A stretch of 32,000 nucleotides of DNA from Phycisphaera mikurensis NBRC 102666 (GTDB lineage Bacteria; Planctomycetota; Phycisphaerae; Phycisphaerales; Phycisphaeraceae), in the NCBI RefSeq assembly GCF_000284115.1, contig NC_017080.1, forward strand, positions 90,001-122,000, read 5' to 3'. The notes under the pieces were generated by a model. It ran no database searches, had not been told where the DNA came from, and saw only the letters and a program-made list of their open reading frames with translations. Positions within the stretch are counted from its first letter, which is position 1. The number at the start of each line of letters is the position of its first letter. A program made the translations under genes and the position numbers. Positions 1-8,076 of the stretch are shown piece by piece.

Positions 1-217
1 AGCGGCTGCCGAGCACCTCGGCGCAGCCGCTGCCCGGCCCGCACCCCGGGGCGACGGCCCCGGCCTCGCCCGTGCCGGAGGTCAGCACGAGCGCGACCGC
101 CAGCGCCCCCGCCGAGCAGCCGATCACGGCGAAGGCGAGCCACCGGTCGCGGCCGGCGGCGGTGGAGTCGGCGTGATCCCGCCCGGCCTCGTCGGGGTCT
201 TGGCCGAGCAGCTCCAT
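1..217 (-). CDS. Partial membrane protein, N-terminus only; possible vitamin K epoxide reductase (VKOR)-like domain
   Basis: Reverse-strand ORF MELLGQDPDEAGRDHADSTAAGRDRWLAFAVIGCSAGALAVALVLTSGTGEAG..CGPGSGCAEVLGSR, with one TM helix and a Cys-rich luminal motif. A TAGGCT box lies 8 nt upstream of the ATG. Runs off the window edge. Confidence 0.4.
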   Translation of the reverse strand, partial: MELLGQDPDEAGRDHADSTAAGRDRWLAFAVIGCSAGALAVALVLTSGTGEAGAVAPGCGPGSGCAEVLGSR

Positions 218-554
218 GGCCGCAGAGCCTAGGGACGCCCCGCGGCGCGGGGAGGCTCCCGCGACGCTGCGCCCGGTCCTGCGGGATCAAGACGGCGCGA
301 TCGGGGCGCGCCCTGAACTCGTACACGCGCCCCGGCGCCGCGGACGGCGGCGGTTTCCGGGCCGCCGGCGTCGCGGTCCGCGGCGGCGGCGCAGCGGTCT
401 CGCGACCGGGAGCGGGCCGCTACATTCCGCCCGGCCGCCCCGGCGTCACGCCCGGGACGCGCGGCCCGCTCCGCCCGCCGTCCCCCACCCCGGCGGGCCC
501 CGTCGGGCGGAGAGCCCCGGGTTCACGCATCCTCACCCGCCGGAGGCGAAGGTT

Positions 555-1271
555 TTGGCCGGACACAGCAAATGGGCCAACATCAAGCACCGCAAGGCCC
601 GGCAGGACGCCAAGCGGAGCAAGATCTGGTCGAAGTGCTCCCGCGCGATCATCGTCGCCGCCAAGCACGGCGGCGGTGACCCCGACCAGAACCTCACCCT
701 CCGCTACGCGGTGGACGAGGCGAAGGCGGCGAACATGCCCAAGGACACGATCGCCAAGGCGATCGAGAAGGGCGCCGGCGGCAGCGACGGCGACGACTAC
801 GAGGAGGTCGTCTACGAGGGCTACGGCCCCGCGGGCGTGGCGGTGTACGTCGAGACGCTGACCGACAACCGAAACCGCACCGTGCCCGAGCTCCGCAAGA
901 TGTTCGAGAAGTGCGGCGGGAACCTCGCCAGCGCCGGCTCGGTGGCCTTCACCTTCGAGCGGAAGGGCGAGCTGTTCGTCGACGGGGCCAAAGCCGACGA
1001 GGAGAAGATCATGGACGTCGTGCTCGAGGCCGGGGCCGAGGACGTGGAGGACGCCGACGGCGCGTGGCGGATCACCACGGCCGTGGAGGACTTCCACAGG
1101 GTGCGGGCGGCCCTGGAGGCGGCGGGCCTGACGCCCGACCAGGCGGGGCTGCCCATGCTGCCGCTGAACGTCGTGGAGCTCGACGGGGAGCAGGCGGAGA
1201 AGACGGAACGCTTCCTCGACGAGCTCGACGACCACGACGACGTGCAGAAGGTGTACGCGAACAACGCTTAG
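555..1271 (+). CDS. yebC: YebC/PmpR family DNA-binding/translation regulatory protein
   Basis: (M)AGHSKWANIKHRKARQDAKRSKIWSKCSR family signature. TTG start at 555 with GGAGG 8 nt upstream; the ORF-track start at 216 is too far upstream. Confidence 0.95.
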   Translation: MAGHSKWANIKHRKARQDAKRSKIWSKCSRAIIVAAKHGGGDPDQNLTLRYAVDEAKAANMPKDTIAKAIEKGAGGSDGDDYEEVVYEGYGPAGVAVYVETLTDNRNRTVPELRKMFEKCGGNLASAGSVAFTFERKGELFVDGAKADEEKIMDVVLEAGAEDVEDADGAWRITTAVEDFHRVRAALEAAGLTPDQAGLPMLPLNVVELDGEQAEKTERFLDELDDHDDVQKVYANNA

Positions 1272-1323
1272 GGCACGGTGCCCTGCACCGCGGGCCGCGC
1301 CGCGATCGTGGGCGTGGCGGCCG

Positions 1324-4161
1324 CTAGCCCGGGAACACGACGTAGCCGGCCGGCGTCTTCCCGGTGGCGAGGTGGTAGGCCGCGCCGACGGCGATCCAGC
1401 CCAGCGCCATCAGCAGCTCGGCGGCGATGACGCCGACGAGCAGGGGCTGCATCGAGCGGGCGGCGCGGGTGCCGCCGAGGCGGACGACGCAGAGCTTGAC
1501 GAGCCAGCCGACGAGGAAGCTCCACGCGAAGCGGCTCATCGGGGTGGTGCCCCACACCAGGAAGATCACCGGGTGCAGCGGCCAGCCCGGGATGCGCAGA
1601 CGCAGCAACGCACAAATCGAGAGCGCGGCGAAGCCGCCGAGGAACCACGACCACGCGGCGGGCCGCGGGTCGAGCAGGCCCAGGCGGGCGAGGCCGTCGG
1701 TGAAGACGGCTTCGGTGAGGCGGCCCTCGGCGGAGAGCGACGAGAGCGAACGGGTGAGCTGATCCCAGGGCTGCACCGGCATCCACAGCCGCGCCCAGCG
1801 GTCGGCCGCGTCGATGCCGGCGTTGTACTGCCAGAGGAAGGTCACCACGAGCGCCAGGACGAAGGTGGACGCGACGCTGAGGGCGAGCCAGGCCGCCAGC
1901 TTGCCGACGCCGCGGGAGCCGGCCGCGTCGCCGACCGCGGGGGCCCCAACGCCGACCCGCCCGGGGGCCGGGTCGCCCAGCCGGAGGGCGTGCAGCAGGA
2001 AGGGCATGAGCGTCTCGCGCTGGTCGCCGATGACCAGCAGGCTGGCGAGGCCGACGAGCACGAGCCCCACCGGCCCGAGCGCGGCGTCGCCGAGCAGGCC
2101 GCTGGCGATGCCCACCGGCAGGAAGCCGGGCTGCAGGTAGAAGCAGCCGGTCTCGGCGACGACCCGCGACATCACCACCCACACCGCGGCGACCGCGACC
2201 ACGAAGCCCAGCGCCAGCGGGGCGGCGAGGCCCAGGTCGCGGAGCACCGCCGCGGCGGCGAGCCCGCCCAGCGCCGCAACCCGCGCGCCCCAGACGGCGG
2301 AAGCGGGCACGCCGGCCCCGCCGCCGGGCAGCAGGCCGCCGAGGCCGACGCCGCGCACGGCGGCGGCGGCGTAGAAGCGGCGGCCGGTGTAGAGCACGAC
2401 CATCGACATCGCGGCGTAGGCGCCCGCCCGCAGCAGGTTCCCGCTGCCGGGCCCGTAGAAGCCGTCGGTGAAGGCGGCGCCCGAGCCGAGGAAGGCGGCG
2501 CCCAGCGCGAGCCAGAGCAGCATCGACACGCCCAGCGAGAAGCCCACCGGCAGCGTGAGGAAGCAGGCGAAGGCGGCGACCGCGGGGTACAGCCGGGCGT
2601 TGAAGACGCCGTCGGCGCCCGGCACGGCCGAGGCGACGGGGAAGAGCGACCGCAGCGGGTTCAAGTCGAAGCCCAGCGGGACGGCCGGCACCGCGGGGAA
2701 CCAGGCGTGCAGACCCCCGAGCAGGTGGACGCCGGCGACGAGGGCGAAGCCGGCCCAGAACACCCCGCGCCGGAGCACCGCGGGGGCGCCGGCCCCCCCG
2801 CGCAGCGGGTCGGGCGCGGCGGCCTCCTCGAGCAGCCGGGCGATCGGGTAGGGCAGCAGCTCCCGCCGCGTCCACTGCGGGTGCACGACCAGCGCCAGGC
2901 CCAGGCCCATCGCCGCGAGCAGCAGCGTCGCCCCGCCCCAGCGGAGCAGCACCGGCACCCAGAGCGGCCAGGGCAGCTCGCCGAGCCCCCAGCCGGCGCC
3001 CGGCGCGGCGGGCCGGCCCGCGAGCGCCGCGTCGGTGATCCAGGGGTCGGGCCGGCCGCCGGCGGGCAGCACGGCGCCGCCGCGCGGCGGCGGGGCGACG
3101 TGGGCGGGCAGCGCGGCGGCGAGCAGCTCGCGGGCGGCGAGCTCGCGGGCGGCCCGCAGGCTGCCGCCGCGGCCGCCGGGCTCTTCGATGGAGCGGCCGG
3201 CGGCGCGGAGCGACTCCAGCCGGGCCTGCAGACCCGCCGCGGCACGCGCGGCGTCGGGATCCTCCGCCGGGGCCGGCGCGACGCGGGCCCGCCGCGCGAG
3301 CAGCTCCGCCTGCGCCCCGAGCAGGCGGGACCGCTCCGCCTCCAACGCCCCGGCCGCCGAGAGCGCCGCGTGCGTTCCCGCGGGGCGGAGCGGCGGCGGG
3401 ACCGACTCCACCCAGCCGGGGTTCTCGATCAGGCGGTTGAGCGCCCGCAGCGCCTCGGCCGTGTCGGTGCCCGACGCGGATGCTTGGCCGGCGAGCGAGG
3501 CCAGGAACGCGGCCTCCTCGGCGGTGAGCTGCGCGGCCACGGCCGCGGCCGCCGGGCCCGCGGCGGGGAGGTCCGGCAGCAGCCCCAGCGCCGCGGCGAG
3601 CGACGACGCCGGGTCGACGCCGGCTCCGGCGGCGGGGTCGGCGCTGCGTGCCGCGGCCACGCCCCCCGCCGCGGCCACGCCCGCCAGCCCCCGGACCTGC
3701 CCGGGGGCGAGCGCAGCGTCGCCGCCGGGCACGTACGACATCACGCCCGCGGCGCTCCAGCCCGGGTTCGCCCGCACCTGGTCCCCGGGCACGACCAGCA
3801 CCGTGAGGAAGGTGCGGAAGTAGCCCGACCCCGCCCAGCCGCAGGCTCCCAGCGCGAGCGCCGCGACGACGCCCAGCTCCACCGGTTTGAGCGGGCGGAG
3901 CGCCCGCGGCCAGGCCCGGCCGCGGCCCAGCCACGACAGCAGCGGGTTCAGGCCCAACGCCGCCGCGAGCGTGACGCCGAAGACCGAAACCGGCAGGAAG
4001 TTGCCGATGAAGGGCGTCTGCCGGACGACCGCGTCGTTGAAGTACGTGAAGCCCGCGACGAAGAGGGCGAGGCCCAGGCCGAGCACGACGGCGCGCAGCG
4101 ACCGCCGGCGCGGGCGCCGTGGCGCCGTCTCGGGGTCGGGGTCCGGCGGCGGGTGCGGCAC
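1324..4161 (-). CDS. Large polytopic membrane protein, DUF6785/DUF6784-like
   Basis: 945 aa with many hydrophobic segments (NDAVVRQTPFIGNFLPVSVFGVT..., MSRVVAETGCFYLQPGF..., HPVIFLVWGTTPMSRFAWSFLVGWLVK). GTG start preceded by TACGCT-N6. Confidence 0.65.
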   Translation of the reverse strand: MPHPPPDPDPETAPRRPRRRSLRAVVLGLGLALFVAGFTYFNDAVVRQTPFIGNFLPVSVFGVTLAAALGLNPLLSWLGRGRAWPRALRPLKPVELGVVAALALGACGWAGSGYFRTFLTVLVVPGDQVRANPGWSAAGVMSYVPGGDAALAPGQVRGLAGVAAAGGVAAARSADPAAGAGVDPASSLAAALGLLPDLPAAGPAAAAVAAQLTAEEAAFLASLAGQASASGTDTAEALRALNRLIENPGWVESVPPPLRPAGTHAALSAAGALEAERSRLLGAQAELLARRARVAPAPAEDPDAARAAAGLQARLESLRAAGRSIEEPGGRGGSLRAARELAARELLAAALPAHVAPPPRGGAVLPAGGRPDPWITDAALAGRPAAPGAGWGLGELPWPLWVPVLLRWGGATLLLAAMGLGLALVVHPQWTRRELLPYPIARLLEEAAAPDPLRGGAGAPAVLRRGVFWAGFALVAGVHLLGGLHAWFPAVPAVPLGFDLNPLRSLFPVASAVPGADGVFNARLYPAVAAFACFLTLPVGFSLGVSMLLWLALGAAFLGSGAAFTDGFYGPGSGNLLRAGAYAAMSMVVLYTGRRFYAAAAVRGVGLGGLLPGGGAGVPASAVWGARVAALGGLAAAAVLRDLGLAAPLALGFVVAVAAVWVVMSRVVAETGCFYLQPGFLPVGIASGLLGDAALGPVGLVLVGLASLLVIGDQRETLMPFLLHALRLGDPAPGRVGVGAPAVGDAAGSRGVGKLAAWLALSVASTFVLALVVTFLWQYNAGIDAADRWARLWMPVQPWDQLTRSLSSLSAEGRLTEAVFTDGLARLGLLDPRPAAWSWFLGGFAALSICALLRLRIPGWPLHPVIFLVWGTTPMSRFAWSFLVGWLVKLCVVRLGGTRAARSMQPLLVGVIAAELLMALGWIAVGAAYHLATGKTPAGYVVFPG

Positions 4162-4167
4162 CGGCGA

Positions 4168-4173
4168 AGCGTA
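4168..4173 (-). promoter_or_regulatory. Candidate -10 box TACGCT, 6 nt from GTG start (leaderless-type)
   Basis: Reverse complement TACGCT-TCGCCG-GTG. Confidence 0.5.
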
Positions 4174-4244
4174 CGGGTGGGGGTGGGTTGCCCGAACGCG
4201 TGCGCGGCCCGCCGGGGCGGGGCCCGATCCTCAGCGGATCCGGG

Positions 4245-6215
4245 TCAGAAGGGCGCCGGCGGAGCCCCCGCCCCGCCGCCGCGCGGCTGCTCCGGGGCCG
4301 CCGCCGGCGCCATGCGCTGCCACGTGTCGCGGACGAACTCGAGCATCTCCACCGGCACGTTGAGCCGGATGCCGAGGTCCTGGCCGCCGGCCGCTTCGCC
4401 GGCCGCGGGCTCCATGCCGATGCCCATCGCCACCGGCGGCAGCGCGGCGGGCACGTCCAGCGGCTCGGCCTCGGCCATGAACATCATCATGAACGGGTTC
4501 GCCATCTCGGCGAGGCCCTGCAGCGAGAGGTAGCCGGCGGAAACCAGGCCGTCGGGCAAGGCAGCGGGCGCTCCGGCCAGGGAGGGGTTGCCGCCGAGCG
4601 TCGCCGCGTCGCCGCCCCGGCGGGCGAGCAGGGCCTTCTCCATGAAGGCGGGCTCGGCGGAAGCGGTCTGCAGGAAGACGCCGTCGGCGGCGGCCGCGAA
4701 GCCGCTCATCCCGGCGTTGCCCATGAGGAAGCCGGCCTGGCCCATCCCCTCCAGGGCCTCGGGCGGGAGCGCGACGCTCACCTGGTACTGGTCGACCGGG
4801 GTGCCGGCGAGCGTGAGCGCGTCGGCGTTGAAGCTGCTGGTGATCGCCACCTCCGCCGGGGGGTCCTCCGCGTCGCCCGCGGCCTGCAGAGCGGTCATCA
4901 GCTCCGCGAGGGCCGGGGCGAGGTCCTCCTCCATCGAGGCGATCTGCCGCGGGAAGGCGGCCCGCAACGCGGCGGGGTCGGGGGCCGCGGTGGCGGTGAG
5001 CGTCTGGAAGATGCCGCCGGTCATCATCGCCTGCGGGTCGCTGGCGTAGTTGACCTGGGCGTAGGCCGTGGCGTCGGCGGCGGGCATCACCATCGCCAGG
5101 TAGGTGTCGACCGCGGCCGCGATGGCGCCGGCCACGGCCTCGTCGCCGCCGTTGGCCCCCACCGCGGCCGCGGCCTCCCGCACCGAGCCGGCCACCGCTT
5201 CGAGGAGGGCCGGCAGGTCGATGGCGGAGAGGTCGCTCACCTGGGCGGTGAGGAAGGGCTCGTCGGGGAGGGAGGCCAGCAGGGCCAGGGGGTCGCTGCG
5301 GCCGTCGGTGAGGTAGGCGGCGGCCGGGGAGCCGGCCTTCACGGCCATGGCCGCGTCGAGCGAGACGCGGTCGGGCGTCATCTCGGCGGTGACGAGCAGG
5401 CCGTCGACGCTGGCCACCAGGGCGTCCACGCCGCGGGCGTAGAGCGGGGCGAAGGCGGCGCCGAGCTGGGCGGCGGGGTCGGACTGCATCGGCCCGGCGT
5501 CGGCGGCTTCGGCCACCATCGCCTCGGTCACCGCGTGGAAGCCCTCCCGCAGCGCGGCGACGTTCACGTAGACCGCCGCGTCCGGCTCGCCCTCGCCCGG
5601 GGCGTACCCGCCGACGGTCTCCAGCGCCGCCGCGGCGGCTCCGGCCGCCTCGTAGGCGGCGACGTCCTCCGCCCGCTCGGAGAGCACGGCGTGGCCGCCG
5701 ACCTTCCGGACCGCCGAGGGGCTCCCATCGAGCATCACCGCGGTGACGCCCTCGGGCATCGCCGCGGCTCCCGCCGCGTCGCCCTCGCCGGGCTTCTCCA
5801 GCCCGCCGACGAAGGCCTCGTAGTCGGTGACGGGGACGACCAGCCACGCCACCGGATCGGGCGCCTCGCCGTCGTCGTCGTCGCCGCCGCCGGCCATGCG
5901 GGCGGCCTCGGCGGTCATCCCCTCATTAAGGCCGCGGAGCACGAGCAGCCCGGCCCCGGCGTCGTCGACGCCGGCGGTCATCCCGAACTCGCGCTTGAAG
6001 CCGCCGAGCAGGTCGTCGGTGCCCTCGTCGTCGAGGCCGGTGGCCTCGGCCAGGCGCGCGACCATCGAGCTGAAGCCCTGCATCGACGGGAAGGCGACGA
6101 CGACCTCGGCGTCGGCGGGCGCGGCGTCCATCGCGTCGGCGAGGGAGCCGGCGGCGGCGGGCAGCGTGAACGAAGCAGCGGCCGCGAGGGCGACGGAGGT
6201 GCGGAGGGCGGACAT
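4245..6215 (-). CDS. Secreted/exported hypothetical protein (DUF3352-like features possible)
   Basis: Starts MSALRTSVALAAAASFTLPAAAGSLADAMDAAPADAEVVVAFPSMQGFSSMVARLAEATG; clear signal peptide. AAGGAA-type SD 4 nt before the ATG. Confidence 0.55.
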   Translation of the reverse strand: MSALRTSVALAAAASFTLPAAAGSLADAMDAAPADAEVVVAFPSMQGFSSMVARLAEATGLDDEGTDDLLGGFKREFGMTAGVDDAGAGLLVLRGLNEGMTAEAARMAGGGDDDDGEAPDPVAWLVVPVTDYEAFVGGLEKPGEGDAAGAAAMPEGVTAVMLDGSPSAVRKVGGHAVLSERAEDVAAYEAAGAAAAALETVGGYAPGEGEPDAAVYVNVAALREGFHAVTEAMVAEAADAGPMQSDPAAQLGAAFAPLYARGVDALVASVDGLLVTAEMTPDRVSLDAAMAVKAGSPAAAYLTDGRSDPLALLASLPDEPFLTAQVSDLSAIDLPALLEAVAGSVREAAAAVGANGGDEAVAGAIAAAVDTYLAMVMPAADATAYAQVNYASDPQAMMTGGIFQTLTATAAPDPAALRAAFPRQIASMEEDLAPALAELMTALQAAGDAEDPPAEVAITSSFNADALTLAGTPVDQYQVSVALPPEALEGMGQAGFLMGNAGMSGFAAAADGVFLQTASAEPAFMEKALLARRGGDAATLGGNPSLAGAPAALPDGLVSAGYLSLQGLAEMANPFMMMFMAEAEPLDVPAALPPVAMGIGMEPAAGEAAGGQDLGIRLNVPVEMLEFVRDTWQRMAPAAAPEQPRGGGAGAPPAPF

Positions 6216-6418
6216 GGGGTTCCTTGGGGAGGCGGGACGGGCACGCGGCGGCGGCCTGTGGACGAGGGTAGGGGGATCGGGGCTCCCCCTCCTCCTTGCA
6301 CCCGGGAGCACGCGAAGCGGGCGCGGGGCCCGCGCCTCTCGGGCTGGACCACGGGCCGGAGGCCGCGTCGCCCCAGGGCGTTGACCGGCGCCGACGCCGG
6401 CCCGGAGCACCCGGGCCG

Positions 6419-6424
6419 TACCCT
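6419..6424 (+). promoter_or_regulatory. Candidate -10 box TACCCT, 6 nt from mnmA ATG (leaderless-type)
   Basis: TACCCT-CCGCCC-ATG. Confidence 0.5.
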
Positions 6425-6430
6425 CCGCCC

Positions 6431-7588
6431 ATGCCCGAAAAGGTGCTCGTCGCCATGTCCGGCGGCGTCGACTCCTCGGTCGCCGCCGCGCTGCTCCACG
6501 GGCAGGGCCACGAGGTGGTGGGCTGCTTCATGCGCCTGGGCAGCGTGGACGAACCCGAGGGGCTCCTCGCCGGGGACGCGGCGCGGGCGGTGTGCGACAA
6601 CCGGCCGGAGCGGAAGCGTGGCTGCTGCAGCGTGAACGACGCGGCCGACGCGGCCCACGTCGCGGCGGTGCTGGGCGTCCCCTTCTACGTGCTGAACTTC
6701 CGCCGCGACTTCCAGCGGGTGATCGACGACTTCGTCGACGGCTACAACGCCGGCCGCACGCCCAACCCGTGCATCCGCTGCAACGACTGGCTCAAGTTCG
6801 GCCGGCTGCACGCCCACGCCGCCGCGATCGGCTGCGACGCGGTCGCGAGCGGCCATTACGCCCGCGTGCTCCCCGGGCCCGGCGGCGCGGAGCTGCACCG
6901 CGGGCTCGACCCGGGGAAGGACCAGTCGTACGTGCTCTTCGGCAGCCCGGCCGCGCGGCTCGCGGAGATGCGGCTGCCGGTCGGCGGCTTCCCCAAGGCG
7001 GAGGTCCGCGCGATGGCGGAGCGCTTCGGCCTGCCCGTCTTCGACAAGCCCGACAGCCAGGAGATCTGCTTCGTGCCCGACAACGACCACGCCGCCTTCG
7101 TCGAGGCGCGGACGCCCGGCGGCTTCGCCGAGGGCGACCTGATCGGGCCCGACGGCGGCGTCGTGGGCCGGCACGGGGGCCACCAGCGCTTCACGCCGGG
7201 GCAGCGTCGCGGCGTGGGCGTGGCCTTCGGGATGCCGATCTACGTGACGGCGAAGGACCCCGCCACCAACGCCGTGACGCTTGGCCCCCGCGAGCGCTTG
7301 CGGACCGCCGGCTGCACCGCCGCGGAGGCGAATTGGCTGGTCCCGCCGCCGCCGGAGGGACGCTGGGCCCGGGGCGAGGCGCAGGTCCGGGCCCACGGCG
7401 AGCCCATCCCCTGCCGCTACCGCGGCGGCGGCGACCGGCTGGAGGTACGCTTCGATGGCGAGGCCGAGGCGGTGGCGGCTGGCCAGGCGGTCGTCGTCTA
7501 CGCCGGAACCCGTGTGCAGGCCGGCGGTTGGGTCACCGCGGCGGATGGCTCCGGTGAGGAGCGGCACCCGGTACGCAAGATTCCTTAA
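6431..7588 (+). CDS. mnmA: tRNA 2-thiouridine(34) synthase MnmA
   Basis: MPEKVLVAMSGGVDSSVAAALLHGQGHEVVGCFMRLG (PP-loop SGGVDS), RTPNPCIRCNDWLKFG, DKPDSQEICFVPD, and the C-terminal domain. Confidence 0.96.
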   Translation: MPEKVLVAMSGGVDSSVAAALLHGQGHEVVGCFMRLGSVDEPEGLLAGDAARAVCDNRPERKRGCCSVNDAADAAHVAAVLGVPFYVLNFRRDFQRVIDDFVDGYNAGRTPNPCIRCNDWLKFGRLHAHAAAIGCDAVASGHYARVLPGPGGAELHRGLDPGKDQSYVLFGSPAARLAEMRLPVGGFPKAEVRAMAERFGLPVFDKPDSQEICFVPDNDHAAFVEARTPGGFAEGDLIGPDGGVVGRHGGHQRFTPGQRRGVGVAFGMPIYVTAKDPATNAVTLGPRERLRTAGCTAAEANWLVPPPPEGRWARGEAQVRAHGEPIPCRYRGGGDRLEVRFDGEAEAVAAGQAVVVYAGTRVQAGGWVTAADGSGEERHPVRKIP

Positions 7589-7638
7589 TCTACTACAGAT
7601 ATTGGAGGCCGCTGCGCCTCCCGAGCGACCGAGCAGGT

Positions 7639-7662
7639 CGGAGCGGAACCGGAGCGGAACCG
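7639..7662. repeat. 11-bp tandem direct repeat (CGGAGCGGAAC x2 + CG) in the kaiB leader
   Basis: Read directly: cggagcggaac cggagcggaac cg, 22 nt upstream of the kaiB ATG. Confidence 0.6.
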
Positions 7663-7683
7663 ATCCGCGGCAGAGGTGTCTCC

Positions 7684-8076
7684 ATGAAAACCAGCCCCAG
7701 CCCCGCCGGCCAGCCGGCGCCTCCTCCCGCTCCGGGCGCTGGCCCTGCGCGGGTGCGGCTGACGCTCTTCGTCGGCGAAGCCTCGGCCGCCACCGACGCG
7801 GCGGTCGCCACGCTCCGCAGGCTCGTGGAGGACCAACCCGACGCCTTCGAGCTGCGGATCATCGACGTGCACCGCCAGCCCGAGGCGGCCGAGCGGCACC
7901 GCGTGATCGCCACGCCGACGCTGATCCGCGAGCTCCCGCCGCCGGTGCGTCGGATCATCGGCGACCTCTCCCGGCACGAGCGCGTGCGGGTCGCCCTAGA
8001 CCTCACCGCCGATCTGGCGGAGAACCTGACCCGCGGCACCCAAGATCCCTCTCCCGATCCCGACCCCGAAGCATGA
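7684..8076 (+). CDS. kaiB: KaiB circadian-clock family protein
   Basis: [85 protein letters not shown] closely matches the cyanobacterial KaiB core ([24 protein letters not shown]). Confidence 0.93.
   Translation: [130 protein letters not shown]

Noticed and set aside
1268-3934. 888-aa + strand ORF opposite the DUF6785 membrane protein
   Set aside because: Arg/Pro/Gly-rich shadow ORF typical of 73% GC DNA; no family motifs. The opposite strand encodes a coherent membrane protein.
6381-6424. TTGACC at 6381-6386 as a -35 for the mnmA -10 box
   Set aside because: Spacing to TACCCT is 32 nt, incompatible with sigma70-type 16-18 nt; similarly TTGCCG before trxB is about 28 nt away.
7281-8072. 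264-aa N-terminal extension of KaiC in the ORF track
   Set aside because: Overlaps the mnmA 3' end and all of kaiB in another frame; ATG 8073 gives a normal KaiC N-terminus and an ATGA overlap.
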